A stretch of DNA of 64,000 nucleotides. Source: Callorhinchus milii. Its lineage: Eukaryota. A program made the position numbers and the translations under genes. The stretch's first letter is position 1; each line of letters opens with the position of its first letter. Shown piece by piece: positions 24,692-38,070 of this stretch. The stretch spans positions 81,966,001 through 82,030,000 of the forward strand of contig NW_024704742.1 in the NCBI RefSeq assembly GCF_018977255.1, read 5' to 3'. The notes under the pieces were generated by a model that was not told where the DNA came from, did no database searches, and saw only the letters and a program-made list of their open reading frames with translations.

Positions 24692-24870
24692 AGTAATTAC
24701 TTGGGGAGGACAAGTTTGCAGGGCTCTGGGGAGAGAGTGGGGGAGTGGGATTGATTGGGAAGCTCTTTTCAAAGAGCCGACACAGACACGATGGGCTGAA
24801 TGGCCTCCTTCTGTGCTGTATGATCCTATGATAATAATGACAATGCTCTCATGATCCTATGATCTATGAT
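24692..24870 (+). mobile_element. CR1 LINE 3' terminus
   Basis: GGACAAGTTTGCAGGGC...GATGGGCTGAATGGCCTCCTTCTGTGCTGTATGATCCTATG. Confidence 0.85.
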
Positions 24871-25351
24871 TAAAGAAATGGAAATGAATAATTTCTCCAA
24901 CGCCTTCGATCAATCAATCGATGCGATGGGATGCGAGCAATGCAGTGGGATACCTGGACAACATGTGGAAGGAGCGAACGGGAGAGGGGGACGAGATAAA
25001 CATGTGTTTGCTGTGTGGTTTGTGCTCCTGTGTTGGTGGAGGGAAGAACTGATCTGAGCTGATCTGATGTGAGCTGATCTGAGCTGAGCTGCTGCAGGTT
25101 TCCTGCCCCATGTCTCTGGGTTGGAGGCTTTGCTCTGCTCGGATCCTCACTTATGCTGAGCTGAGAGTTTGCATGAACCAGACTCGCTGCTGGTGATGTG
25201 ACACCTCTTTCCAGTTTTCACAAGAAATCGTGTGATTTTTTTTTGGGGGGGGGGGGGGGGGGTCGCTCTTTCGAAAACGTGAATATTATAAAGCGACAGC
25301 AACAACATCTCGAGTTCTGTAGTTCCCTCTTTTATGAATGAAATATACCAG

Positions 25352-25517
25352 GTGTGTGTGTGTGTGTGTGTGTGTCTGTCTGTGTGTGTGTGTGTGTCTG
25401 TCTGTCTGTGTGTGTGTGTGTGTCTGTCTGTCTGTGTGTGTGTGTGTGTCTGTCTGTCTGTCTGTGTGTGTGTGTGTGTGTGTCTGTCTGTCTGTCTGTG
25501 TGTCTGTCTGTGTGTGT

Positions 25518-25549
<32 letters not shown>

Positions 25550-25897
25550 CTGTGTGTCTGTGTGTGTGTGTGTGTGTGTCTGTGTGTGTGTGTGTGTGTC
25601 TGTCTGTCTGTGTGTGTGTCTGTCTGTGTGTGTGTGTGTCTGTCTGTCTGTCTGTGTGTCTGTGTGTGTGTGTCTGTGTGTGTGTGTGTGTGTCTGTATG
25701 TGCGTATGTGTGTGTATGTCTGTCTATGTATGTGTGTGTGTGTGTGTCTATGTGGTGTGTGTGTGTCTGTATGTGTGTGTGTGTGTGTCCGTATGTGTGT
25801 GTGTGTGTCTGTATGTGTGTGTGTGTGTGTGTGTGTCTATGTGGTGTGTGTGTGTCTGTATGTGTGTGTGTGTGTCTGTATGTGTGTGTGTGTGTGT
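25352..25897. repeat. Compound (TG)n/(TCTG)n/(TATG) microsatellite
   Basis: Directly visible. Confidence 0.98.
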
Positions 25898-28800
25898 TTC
25901 TATAACGTGCGATTTTGTAGTCAGATTATTTGTTGTTACTTCGAGAAACATGTAGGATTGTAAGGGCTTATTTCAGAATCTTAGAGAATCTGATAATGAG
26001 TGGTAACTGTGGTACTTTACACGAATAATTCATTTTTAATTGTTTTCCTAAATAAATGAAGTCAAAGGCAGCTGTATGAATAAGCCAATACTATCTGACA
26101 GACACCAGGCATGCTATATAAACTCTAGTCGTATTTATCAGAAACTGGGGAAGATATTTAATATAAAATAATCATAGTAATAGATGTCTGCACTACTGTC
26201 CATACTTACAATATAGTACAGTTCATTGCAAGTTAATTATAAACATATTGGAGTAGCAGTTTCCCTTCCAAATTCACAATGATAATCTGTGTTTTGGGTT
26301 TAATCTCTATAAAATACGAGGGTTCTTGATCTGTGATGGGTCTGATCATTTTACCATAATTAAACAAGATAAATAGCTACTTACATAGACAGAGAATGGT
26401 ACATATGTATGTTATGTCTGTAATTTGGATTACCACGACCATTAATATTTCATATGTCAGATCCTGCTCGCAGTTGAAATAAAAGACGACAGCATTTTAC
26501 ACACGAGCACATATTCACACACCACTACAGGTGTATATGTGTAACAGTTTTTTGTGCATTTACCCCTGAAGTAGGACAACTGGAAATTGAATTCTAATTA
26601 TTTTACGCAGGTTTGATGCACGGGTTGCAACTGAATAAAATCTTTAAGCATAAAATAAAAGATATTGGTGGCTTTGTACAGTAAGGTTGAGTTGGGCAGG
26701 CGAGCCTGTGATCTGTTTGATTGTTTCCCCCACTTCAAATCTTTTGGGCTGAACATCCATTTCACTTTGCTCTAAAGCAACACTTATTTTATCACTGGGC
26801 CACCTTTCTTGGACTTTTGAACTACTTCAGTGTCTCTGATACCTCATTAAACAGAATAATTGTGACAGGGTGTTGTGACCTTGTTCCTCCGAGCAATCTT
26901 CTGTCCTCAGGTAGGAATGACTAAGTGGTTCACTCCCAGTAGGTTGGAAGTCATTCATTCTCATTAGACTGCAAGTCATATAATTTTAGCAAGACATCAA
27001 ACTCCCCTGAAAAGCAATGGTACCTGTATATATATATATAAAGGATCGTTTTTTTTTCCCAGCCACATTGTGAGTCAGTAGTTGTCTGGCATTTTTCATG
27101 GGGCTCAGCTTGCTGGTAGGAATCAATGAGACCACATTGACTTGCAAAAGTAGTCCAGTTCCTTTCTGCTTATAATAGGAAATATAGTTTGGCCAAAAGA
27201 AGTTGAATAAAATCCCCGCACAGCTTTAATACAGCTCTGTAAAATCAATCAAGGAACACTAGGAATTCTTGTGAGATATTACTGGGTTGTTAGAAGTTAT
27301 AATGGGAAAATCAATGCAGTAAGAAAATTAAATTTTACTGAAAGCCCTTTAGGTAAAGTGCAATGTAAAATGTATTTTGTCTTCCCTGGAGGTTCAGATG
27401 AGAAGACGAGATGGAATCTAGGTTAGCTGTCACTGCATGCGTTTGCAAGAAACTGAAAAGATGGAGATGGCTCTGAGACTAAACTGTTAATGCATCTCTG
27501 TTACAGTTCCTTAATAATGTTAAATAAGCTATTTAATCTAATAAAATCAAAGGCCAGAATTTCCCTTCCACCCTCTTAGACTTGGCTGCGATTAAAATTA
27601 ATGCATAAGTTTTATTTCTTTGTGCGAAAGAGATTTATCAGAATGAAAACTGTTTTGTCAGATTGGTATAGAGCTGTGACATCTAACTCTCTGGAGAGAA
27701 TGAACGAAGCTAAAATGGAGTGCTTGTGTGTTTGATATGATCAAAAGAAGAAGATCAAAGCTGCAAACAAGCTCTTGTAGGGATATGACATATAAATTTC
27801 ATTGGGGTTGGAGTTTACGTTTACCATATGTAGCTCAGTGTCTCCCATTAGCTTGCAGATGTGTTACACAAAAAGCTACACATATTTTGTTCATATGGTT
27901 TATGCAGGTAGTGTGATGAAGCTCCATTGTATAATTTAGAACCAGGCTGTTCAGAAACCAAAGAGTTTTAATTGTTCCTCATCAGAACAGATATACATTG
28001 TTCTGTATTTCTATTTCAGAATGATTTTCTTCCTCGATTTTTGCTTTTACACTTGTTTTTGGAAAGAATGCATTTCAATTTTTGTTAGAGTTCCTTGTTT
28101 AATCTTTGAGATCATTTTCAAATATCTCCATTGAAAAATAATATTTTCCAATTTCTGGTTTGTTATGGATCGAGGCAAGACAGTAAATTGGCTCAATTGT
28201 CATACGTAATTATTCTAAATTGTCTCGAAGATAAGATACGGTTCGTTGCTAAGATCCATGGAAAAATTAAAACACTCACAACAGCTTCAATTTCCTCTAT
28301 GTACCAGAAGAGGTAACACAAAACGTAAACATTATTTCTATTTATAAACTTTTTATGTTTCAGTTTTACAGAAATAATGTGCAGGTTCTGTTTGAGATAA
28401 CAAAGTGAATGAAACACATGGGACTTTATGACTTCTTCACTGCTGATATGTATGGTTTTGTTTTTACCTTGTCCTAAATTTATGATAGTTGGAGAAATTA
28501 ACTAACCATCAGTATTTTTGATGTGTTGCATTTTGCGGTGTTCACTGTCATAAATTGTGAGTCTTTTTCCTTTATTTCTGTGAACAAATACAATGTTGCA
28601 TGTGAAGTGCATTGGATGAAGAGGCATTATAGGTATTTGTTAGTAGTAGAGTCAATGGTTGTGTAATTGGTGCCTTCCAGGGGATTCAAATGTGTGTTTT
28701 ACATCGTGTGTATAAAAATAGACTTGAAAGATTTAAAAAATGTGAACAGTGCAAATGTTTTCCTTTTGATATTTAGTTCTAAGATAATTTTTCACACTGG

Positions 28801-29654
28801 AAGAGCTTCTGGGCTTGTATTGACATATGCAATGGCAATAAACTATTCAAACTTTATGGTCGTTCAGCTCAAACATCTATTTTAAAGTTATGTAGCAATA
28901 AAAACCTGACTGCATGCATAAACTGAAGTGTTCTGGGATGTTGTTTTGTTTATCGTACATTTACAAAATAGTAAGATTGCTCCACTGAGAATAGTTATTG
29001 GTGCACTGCCATCTGTGCAGCCGGTGTTCAGCAAGTTGTATGAGTTGAGCCAGTGTGACAACATATTTATCATTGTAAGTCTAATTAAGTGCAGCAAAAG
29101 ACTATATGTAATTCGGTTTTATCATGCAGTACTTTTAAGACACAGTATAATGAGCTACAAAGAAGACTAGTATAGTAAATGGTGTCATTATAACATCCCT
29201 AATTATAGCTTTCAAAAGAAGGTCACTGAAAAGATTTACTAATTTCCTATTAGCCCTATGTGCTTGTAATAATTTAAAAAGAAACAGAATTTTCTTTTTA
29301 AGCTTTTCAATTATGTCATAAAGTTATATTAAATTACACATTTATTCAGTGACACTTGCTCTTCAATGCTTAACCAGAATCTTATTTAAAGATCCATCAG
29401 TGTTGCATTTGGGGAATCAAGTTAAGTTCTTAAATAAAGCAAAGAGAAACATTCAGATGTTTATGACATTCTTAAAAGGTTATTTCTCGAAAATTCAGTG
29501 TTGGTACTCGCAAATTCTAGCCAAGTGTGCTGTGGCATGGTTCCTGGAATAATTAATATATATTTTTAAGCTTAATATGTTACTTACTAACTTAAAATTT
29601 TGGAGGACAGCAAGTTGCATATCCTTTAGTGTGTACAGTATAGTACAATGTGTA

Positions 29655-30440
29655 CATTACCATCCAAGGATGCACACTCCAACTTACTAAGCCAGTCCAG
29701 AACCTTGGCGACTTGATTGACCTTTGATTTTTTCTACCCCACATCCATGCCATAATCAGTTCTGCCTTACCCCACCTGCACAATGTTGCTCGGCTCTGCC
29801 ACTGTCTCACATCATAGACCGCTGAGACCCTCATACCCACATTCATAACATCCAGGCTTGACTACGCAAATTCCCTGTTTGTCGGCCTCCCCAACTCCTC
29901 TCTCCATAGATTGCAGATCATCCAGAACTCTGAAGCCCATGTCCTTTCCCACACCAGGCTCCATGACCCTATCACCCCCATCCTCGCCCAACTTCACTAA
30001 CTTCCCATCAAACAGAGGATACAGTTCAAGATCCTGGTCTTCACCTTCAAAGCCCTCCATGGCCTTGCTCCCCCTAGATCTTTGTCCTCCAAATCCCCTC
30101 CAACCTAGCCACTCCCTCCATTCAGTTGGCTCCGGCCTGTTTCACATCCCCAACCTCACCCGCCCCACCATTGGCGTGTGGGCCTTCAGCCTCTTTGCCC
30201 CTACCCTCTGAAACTCCATCCCGCATGCCTTTGCCTCGCTCCTTCCGTTGCCTCCTTCAAGACCTGTTTCAAGACCCTCCTCTTCGACCGTGCCTTCGGT
30301 CACCATCCTTCCCTCACCTGCCTTCCACCTTCCCCGATCCTGACCCCCAGCTTGGGCCAATACATTGATTGTCCAGTGTCTTGGGATATCCTCCTGATGT
30401 GAAAGACACTATACAAATGTAATTTTGTTGTTATTATTGT
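29655..30440 (+). mobile_element. L2 3' region
   Basis: Collinear with 16220-16960; tail TTGTTGTTATT. Confidence 0.9.
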
Positions 30441-30949
30441 ACAGTACATTGACATAACTCATACTTTGCGAATGTCATATTAAATGTATGGTCCCAACTG
30501 ATATAACTTGTGCAAGATTTGCTGCACCAATAGGATGAGCCACACAGGCAGTCACACAAAATTTCCTGCATGGTGTGTGAGTAACCACCTCCAAAGGTAA
30601 AATGGTTCCCCAAAAAGGAGACAATCAAAGTGCAGGTCAACCTGAGCTAGTCTTGCGCTTCTATTTCCATAAAGAGCAACTTGGGAGTAAGTACATTTGG
30701 CTCTCTGTCATGAGTGATCTTAAACAACAACAACAAAATTACATTTGTAAAGTGCCTTCCACATTGGGAGGACATCCCAAAGCGCTGGGGCTGGTTAACT
30801 TACAGGTGTACTCAACGCACACTTTGGCAAACCTCTTGAATTCCAAATAGAGAGTGCACATTCCATCCCAATATGTGGGAATTTCCATGGATAGGTGGAT
30901 GTAAAGGTTGAACTCTCACTTTGGTTTGAATACTCTTAAAAGCATGATA

Positions 30950-32840
30950 AAACCATAAGACGTAGGAGCAAGAGTAGGCCATTCGGCCCCTCGAGCCTGC
31001 CCCGCCATTTAATAAGATCATAGCTGATCTTCTAACCTAATTCCATTTACTTGCCCTATCCCCATATCCCTTAATCCCTCTATCCTTTAGAAATCCATCA
31101 ACCTCAATCTTGAATATGTTCAAGGACTGAGCATCCACAGCCTTCTGGGGTAGAGAATTCCACAAATTCACTACCCTCTGAGTGAAGAAATGTTTTCTGA
31201 ACTCAGTTTGAAAAGGCTGACCCATAATCTTGAGACTCTGACCCCTAGTTTTAGATTCTCCAACCAGCGGAAACAATCTCATCTACCCTATCAAGACCCT
31301 TAAGAATCTTATAGGTTTCTATAAGATCACTTCTAATTCTTCTGTATGCTAGAGAATATAGGCCTAGTTTACTCTACCTTTCCTCATAGGTCAACCCCCT
31401 CATCCCTGGAACCAACCTAGTGAATCTACGCTGCACCCCCTCTAAGGCAAGTATGTCCTTTCTTAAATAAGGAGACCAAAACTGCACACAATATTCTGGA
31501 TGCAGTCTCACCAAGGCCTTATACAACAGCAGCAAGACTTCCCTACTCTTGTACTCTAACGTTTTTGCAACGAACGTCAACATAGCATTAGCCTTCCTAG
31601 TTGCTTGCTGTACCTGCATTCTAACTTTTTGTGACTGGTGTACAAGGACACCCAAATCCCTCTGAACACTAACACTACCTCCCTCTACAAAATAATCCGG
31701 TTTTCTATTTTTACTACCTAGGTGAATAACTTCACACTTCCCCACGTTATACTCCATTTGCCACCTTCTTGTCCACTCATCTAGCCTATCTATTTCTCTT
31801 TGCATTCTTTGCGTGTCATCCTCACAGCTTACTCTCCCACCTATCTTCATATCGTCCGTGCATTTATATATATTAAGTTTTATGTCCTTATCTAAATCAT
31901 TGATATAGACTGTAAATAATTGAGGCCCAAGCACTGATCCTTGTGGCACTCCACTTGACACATCCTGCCAATTTGAGAAGGACCCGTTTATCCCTACTCT
32001 CTGTTTTCTTCCTGTTAGCCACTCTCCAATCGATGCTAATATATTGCCTTTAATTCCATGGGCCCTCACCTTATGTAGAGGCCTGTTATGTGGCACCTTG
32101 TCGAATGCCTTCTGGAAATCCAAATACGCCACATCTACTGGTTCCCCTATCTAACCTGCTAGTTACATCCTCAAAAAACTCTAAAAGATTTGTTAAACTT
32201 GATTTCCCTTTCATAAAACCATGTTGGCTCTGCCTAATCATGCTATAATTTTCTAAGTACCCCATGACGATGTCTCTAATTAAGAACTGTAGAATTTTCC
32301 CTACCACTGATGTCAGACTAACTGGTCTATAGTTCCCCATTTTTGTCCCTCACCCTTCTTAAATATCGGCGTTACGTTTGCGACCTTCCAATCACTGGGA
32401 ACCATTCCAGAATCCAAGGAATTTTGGAAGATCAAAAACAAAATATCCACTATCTCCGCAGCCACCTCTTTTGAAACCCTAGGATGCAGGCCATCAGGTC
32501 CAGGGGATTTATTGGTTTTTAATCCTGTCAATTTCTCAAGTACTATTGCTTTACTGATGTTCATTTCTTTAAGTTCCTCACTAACATTAGCCTCCAAATT
32601 CCTCTCTATTTTCAGTAAGTTTTTAGTATCCTCTAAAGTGAAGACAGAAGCAAAATAATTGTTTAATGACTCTGCCATTTCTTTATTCCCCATTATAATT
32701 TCTCCTGTCTCTGCCTGCAATGGACCCACTTTTGATAGTCTCTTCCTCTTTATGTACTTGTAAGAAACAATCTGTCTTTATATTCTTAACTAGTTTACTC
32801 TCATATTCCATTTTCTCCTTCTTAATCAGTATCTTGGTTG
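30950..32840 (-). mobile_element. CR1-clade LINE, 5'-truncated ORF2 (RT) with intact 3' end; inactive
   Basis: KSPGPDGLHP, NYRPVSLTS, QHGF, YLDFQKAFDKVPH and [10 protein letters not shown] across several ORFs; catalytic motif reads CTDD; 3' UTR GGCTCGAGGGGCCGAATGGCCTACTCTTGCTCCT. Confidence 0.96.
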
Positions 32841-33554
32841 ATGATAGGTTTCTGCATGTATCAGACACCTGGCTGACCAAAAAAAAAGGATGAAGGGACA
32901 TAAATTAAACTCATTTGATTAATTATAGAGAAGGTATTTTTAAGCAAATGTTTGTGAACCCGTGCACAACATTTCAGGATGTACTATTGTACTAATTTTC
33001 CTCTAGGATATGTGCACTTCCGTACCAGAAGTAGTTTTGATCTCGTGGGATATAATGCCACTTTTCAACCCTCAACATGAATATAATAAATAGGTAAATT
33101 AATAATGATTACCTATAATTATTGAAATTTGGATCAAGAATATTGAAATAACAGTCTACACGAATGGTTTTCGATCTGAAAGCTCTGAACTGAAATCCCG
33201 AGTGTGAAATCTTCTCCTCGTTGCAATAAAAAAAATCTTCCTAAGAGGTTACTTCAGTAAATTGTGAATTTTCAACTGAGCAAATCATTGCTGTAGCGTT
33301 TTATCCAATTCAATTGTATATTGAGTTAAAACAGTGAAATGTGTATTGAAAACTACTGTTCATTGATTGCTAAAAATGAGTGTTTTTTTTGCAAAATTGT
33401 AAGTTTTGAGTGTCACAGTAATACACTAACTGCTTGTTGAAAGTTTTGCAAATTATATTGCACTATCATCGTACTATTATGGTACTGTATTCCTAATTGC
33501 AGCTCTCAAAAGGTCACTGAAGAGATTTGCCTTATTTTTTATTAGGCACTCATT

Positions 33555-33900
33555 CAACACTCCCACGATAATACTTCCCTGTAATCCTACTGCTCGCTGC
33601 TCTCTCTGCTCTCGCTACCCAATACACTCCATCAACAGTGGCCCAGCTTTCAGCCATTTTGCCCCCACTCACTGGAACTCCATTCACCTCCGCCTTGCCA
33701 CTCTCCCTGCACACTGAAAACGTGCCTTAAGCGAATGTTTTCAACTGCGCTTTCATCTGCCTCTCTCCCCACACCCCCAGCCTCCAGCTTGGGCTGCCAG
33801 ACAATTTTGTGAAATGCTTTGAGAGGTCCTCCTGATGTGAAGATCTTCAAGACGTTATCCTACTTGAAAGTGCTATATAAATTCAAGCTGTTGTTGCTGT
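33555..33900 (+). mobile_element. Old L2 3' end
   Basis: GGCCCAGCTTTCAGCC...CTGGAACTCC; tail GCTATATAAATTCAAGCTGTTGTTG. Confidence 0.7.
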
Positions 33901-34024
33901 TCAGAAAGAGGCTATGTAAATTTAAATTGTAACTTGGATTATTGTTTTGCTTGGAGGGGTGGGTGGGACAAGCACAGCCTCTGATGTCTTCTTGACAAGG
34001 CACTGTTTGTGTCATTGCTTGGAT

Positions 34025-34270
34025 GGTTCAATTCCAGGCAGGGTGAAAACTTGGGCAAGTTTCCTTACTCCACATGCCTAATAATAATCCCTCCAAAAAA
34101 AAAGACAAAAAATTGGTCATTTTCAATTCATGACTGTTTGTGGGACACTGCTGTGCGCAATTGACTGCCACATTTCGCTCACAAATATACAGTCAGTTCA
34201 CTTTACAGCATATTTTGTGAAACGCTTTGAGAAGCCTAGAAGACGTGAAAAGCACTATATCAAATGTAAG

Positions 34271-34303
<33 letters not shown>
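34025..34303 (+). mobile_element. Young tRNA/CORE-like SINE, 5'-truncated at the B-box
   Basis: Starts GGTTCAATTCCAGGCAGGG; long (ATT)n tail. Confidence 0.92.
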
Positions 34304-34305
<2 letters not shown>

Positions 34306-34869
34306 GGTTCAACCGCAGACACAATTGATTGGTGTAAAAGGTGACTTTCTCCATTAGTTTTTCTAAAGATAGACTAATTAATAATAATCATTAATGATTC
34401 ATAATAATCATTTGATATATCCTCATCAAATCATTGAGATGTCTCACGTGCTTCACAGGATATACCGTAAAGTGGATTGACTGTATTTTGCAGATGAGGT
34501 ATAACAGTGTTTTAAATGTCATGAATTAGTGAAGCTACACATTCAGTATTATACAAGGAAAGCATTTCATATTTTGCATGTTTCCTTTTCCTTCCCTTGT
34601 TGATGTACTTTAAATAGCTGAGGCGATGTATAGCAAACCATAATTTTACTCTTGATGTAGCACCATGTTTCTTTCAAGATTTGTAGACAGTAAGTATAAG
34701 AAATGCTATTTTGGTACAGTGGAATGCAGTAGTTTTCTTTCCTCAACATGACTTAAGATAGCTCTATCTTTATCTGTATACAGACTTAAAATGTATTTCT
34801 AGGATATTGAAACAACAGATCTGAGTCTCTTGAACAAGATATTTTAATCCAAAACAGAAGCAGTGCTCC

Positions 34870-35190
34870 GATCCCCTGGCTCGATTTGGTAACACTTTCT
34901 CCTGTGGGTTTAAACCTATATCGGGACTTGAGCGCACTGCAGTATTGGAGAAGCATTACGTTGTCAGAAGTGTCATCTTTTACATGAGCTGCTAAACCAA
35001 AGCTTTGCCTTTCTGTTCTTCAGGTGCACATTAAAGATTCAATATTCGATAAGGGAATTCCTTACATGTCCTAGACAATAATCCTCCAGATTAATTGGTC
35101 ATCCACATTATGGCTCTTGGTAGGATCTTCCTGATTAACCCATCTCCCAAAGTCACTACTCTTGATTACTGTAATTACTGTAAGCACTAT
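34870..35190 (+). mobile_element. Old Deu-type SINE
   Basis: Diverged head and GTCAGAAGTGTCATCTTT...TAAACCAAAG core. Confidence 0.6.
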
Positions 35191-35309
35191 CACAAGATCA
35201 GTGTCCTGGTCTCAAGCACCCTTCCTAACAACCTGTTCTAGTCATTATTCATCCTCTGGTTAGAGAAAGAAGAATACAAGTTCTTTCTCTTGTTATATAA
35301 TAAATAACA

Positions 35310-35770
35310 ATCATTACATTTTATACATAGCCTTTCACATTAGGAGGATGACTCAGATTGCTTCACAAGAACAACTGTAAAGTGACTTTGTATTTTGTAC
35401 ATGAATGTGGCAGCCAATTTACCACAGCAGTGTCCCACACACAGCTATAAAATGAATACCAATTTTTCTGGGGGATTGTCGAATAGTCCCACCAGCTCTT
35501 TAACATCCACTTAAACAGCGCCTTGGGACGTCCTCCTGACTTGAAAGGCGCTTTATAAATGGAATCTTGTTGTTGTTGTTGTTGTTAAACAGGCATACGG
35601 GGCCTCGGTTTAATGTTTAATTTAAAATAATATATCTCCAACAATGCAGCACATCCCCAGCACTTCATAGAAGTGTCAGACTAGACAATGAGTGCAAAGT
35701 CCCGGCATGGGGCTTAAACCCATAGCCTTCTGACTCAGAGGCGAGAGTGCAATCAAATGATCCAGGCTGA
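35310..35770 (-). mobile_element. Deu-type SINE carrying a nested 66-bp L2 tail (35519-35584, + strand)
   Basis: Head (TTCTGACTCAGAGGCGAGAGTGC on +) at about 35730; TTAAACAG duplicated around the insert. Confidence 0.8.
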
Positions 35771-37269
35771 TACACTTCAGTTTGATGACTAGGTAATACT
35801 GTGAAATCCTCATTGAAAACGCACAGGTTCTATTTTATACTGACTGCTAATAATAGTAATCTTTTCATTACATCTTTGTAATGAGAACTCCAATATGAAG
35901 GCATAAGATAAAGATTGCTATTTTAACAATAGGAGTATGATAGACCCTCATTGTCTATTGAGTACACTTAACAAAGCCCAGCAATAAATGCAGCAACAAT
36001 GAACATGAAAATATATTTTCTCATCAGAGTCAACACTGTGTATATATATATAATCATGTATGTCAATCATGTACCTTAAATTAAATTTAGGAAGTAAATT
36101 TAAACACCGATCCATTATCACTATTCAAGTCAATTTCATTCATTATTTACACCTTAAAGTCAATTTCATTCATTATTTTCTGTAAAATGCACTGTTATTG
36201 TTCCCTTTTAAAATGCCTTGCCCAGACAAAAAAAAACACAGGGAGGACTCTTCACTCTAGTATGGTAAAATGTTTCTCTGAGAAACATTCAAAGTTAAAA
36301 AAAACTCTCTAATGAAATTTTTGTTAGCAATAAATCATTCAGAGATATTGTAGTTATGATAGCTGAAAAGCAAAGGAGTACTGACTTTTATATTCTTACA
36401 TTGTTTAAATATCAACACATACTGAAAATGGATACTATATAGAGATACATTCCACCTGGATCTAGATTTATTCTATTAATGTCTATTCTTCAACATTTGC
36501 AAATTGTTGAATTTCAGCCTTAGTTTTAAGATCATTTTTCTGAAGTTATTAAAATAAACTTACCGAACAACAGATTATTTAAGAATTTGCCTTTCTGGTA
36601 GTCTGAATTCTGGACCCTCTGAAATTTGACATAAATAGATCAAATCTAGAGCCGGGTGGAATTTCTTTCCAGGAATGTTTGCAGAAAATGATACTGCCCT
36701 AAGTGGTTGAACATCTCTGCTTTTCATTGGTGGATTATTTTCACCAATATTGATATAGTGTTTCTCATGTAATTGAGACGTCTCAAAGCGCTTCACAGAA
36801 TACATTGTGAAGTAAATTGATGTATATTTAACTTTAAGGAAACAATCAAGCAAGGTGCCTCACTGGCATCCATAATTTCCACATTGTGATGTGCAGCCAA
36901 CTATAAGTGACAAGAAAATGCTAAAGTTCATGTCTCTCAATATGTTGTGCTACAAGAGACAAATGACAGCAACTTCCAATCAGACAAACTGATATTGGTG
37001 GATCAACAAGGACAGCAATCTTCCTATAGAAATATAATCAAGTATACAGATAAAATGACACTCAGACAACAGAAACAATGATAACGAACTCCATCATTAG
37101 GTTCAGAACTCTCTACTCTCTACTAGTTCTCTACTTCCTGCAACTTAGCTATTAGTATAATACCAGCACATGGTCCTTATAGAATCCAGCTAGTCTGTAA
37201 AGGCTCAATTGGCCTGATTCAAACATTATGGCACAATTGTTTTTTCCAGATAATGACAAAAGGGTGGAA

Positions 37270-37597
37270 TAAGTAGGCTGTTCCTACATGTTGGGAAGCC
37301 TGTAATCAGGGGACAAGTATGAGATAGTGACCAGGGGATCTAAAAGGGAATTTAGGAAGGTCTTCTTCATGCAGAGAGTAGTGAAAATATGAAACTCGCT
37401 GCCCAAAACAGTGGTTGAATCAGATAGCATAGATGCATTTAAGACAAAACTAGATATACACATGAGCAAGGAGGGAATGGAAGATTATGGGAGGAAGTAA
37501 GGAGCAGGTGGAGACTCATGGAGTATAAACAGCGCATAGACTAAAAGGGCTGAATGGCCTGTTTCTGTGTTGTACAATCTATGTAAATCTATGTAGA
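37270..37597 (+). mobile_element. CR1 3' end
   Basis: FRKVFFMQRVV..NSLP..FKTKLD; CTGAATGGCCTGTTTCTGTG followed by AATCTATGT repeats. Confidence 0.85.
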
Positions 37598-37864
37598 TGC
37601 CTAAACCTCCTAAACCACAGTTTTGAGTTTCAATCTCAGGATTAACTCCTACCAAATGAAGAGTGCAGCAACACTGCACATGCTTTGTCAGTTCTTAATC
37701 TGGCTGCTAGATGGAGCATTAATAATATCTTTCAGGACTCCACCTGAGATGCATGTTGTCTATCAGTGTATGACAGTGATGGAATAGGTGGCAGTTGCAA
37801 ATAAGGGACTGTCCTGACTCCTGAGCAAGACTGATGGTTTGAGTCGTAGTTAGGAGAAATATAG

Positions 37865-38070
37865 TAATAATATAATAAACCTTGCATTAGATATAGCGCC
37901 TTAGCACGTCATTGAGACATCTCAAAGCGCTTCACAGAATATACTGTAAAGTGGAGTGACTGTGCATTTTATGGGTGAAACGGACAGCCAATTGTGCACA
38001 GCGGTGACCCACAAACAGTTGTGGATTGAATGGCCAAATTATAATTTTTGGGGAAGGAATTATTACCCCG
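37865..38070 (-). mobile_element. SINE 3' half
   Basis: Reverse complement of the family tail. Confidence 0.85.

Noticed and set aside
25334..25963. Cys/Val-rich ORFs of about 200 aa
   Set aside because: (TG)n microsatellite translations
26611..26910. Small candidate exons 26611-26680 and 26831-26910
   Set aside because: Plausible AG/GT signals, but indistinguishable from chance without transcript data
31374..32132. 252-aa RT ORF as a functional or domesticated gene
   Set aside because: Part of a 5'-truncated, frameshifted CR1 with catalytic FADD changed to CTDD
36127..36178. 22-bp direct repeat (and a 24-bp tandem pair at about 60685-60732)
   Set aside because: Ordinary local slippage duplications
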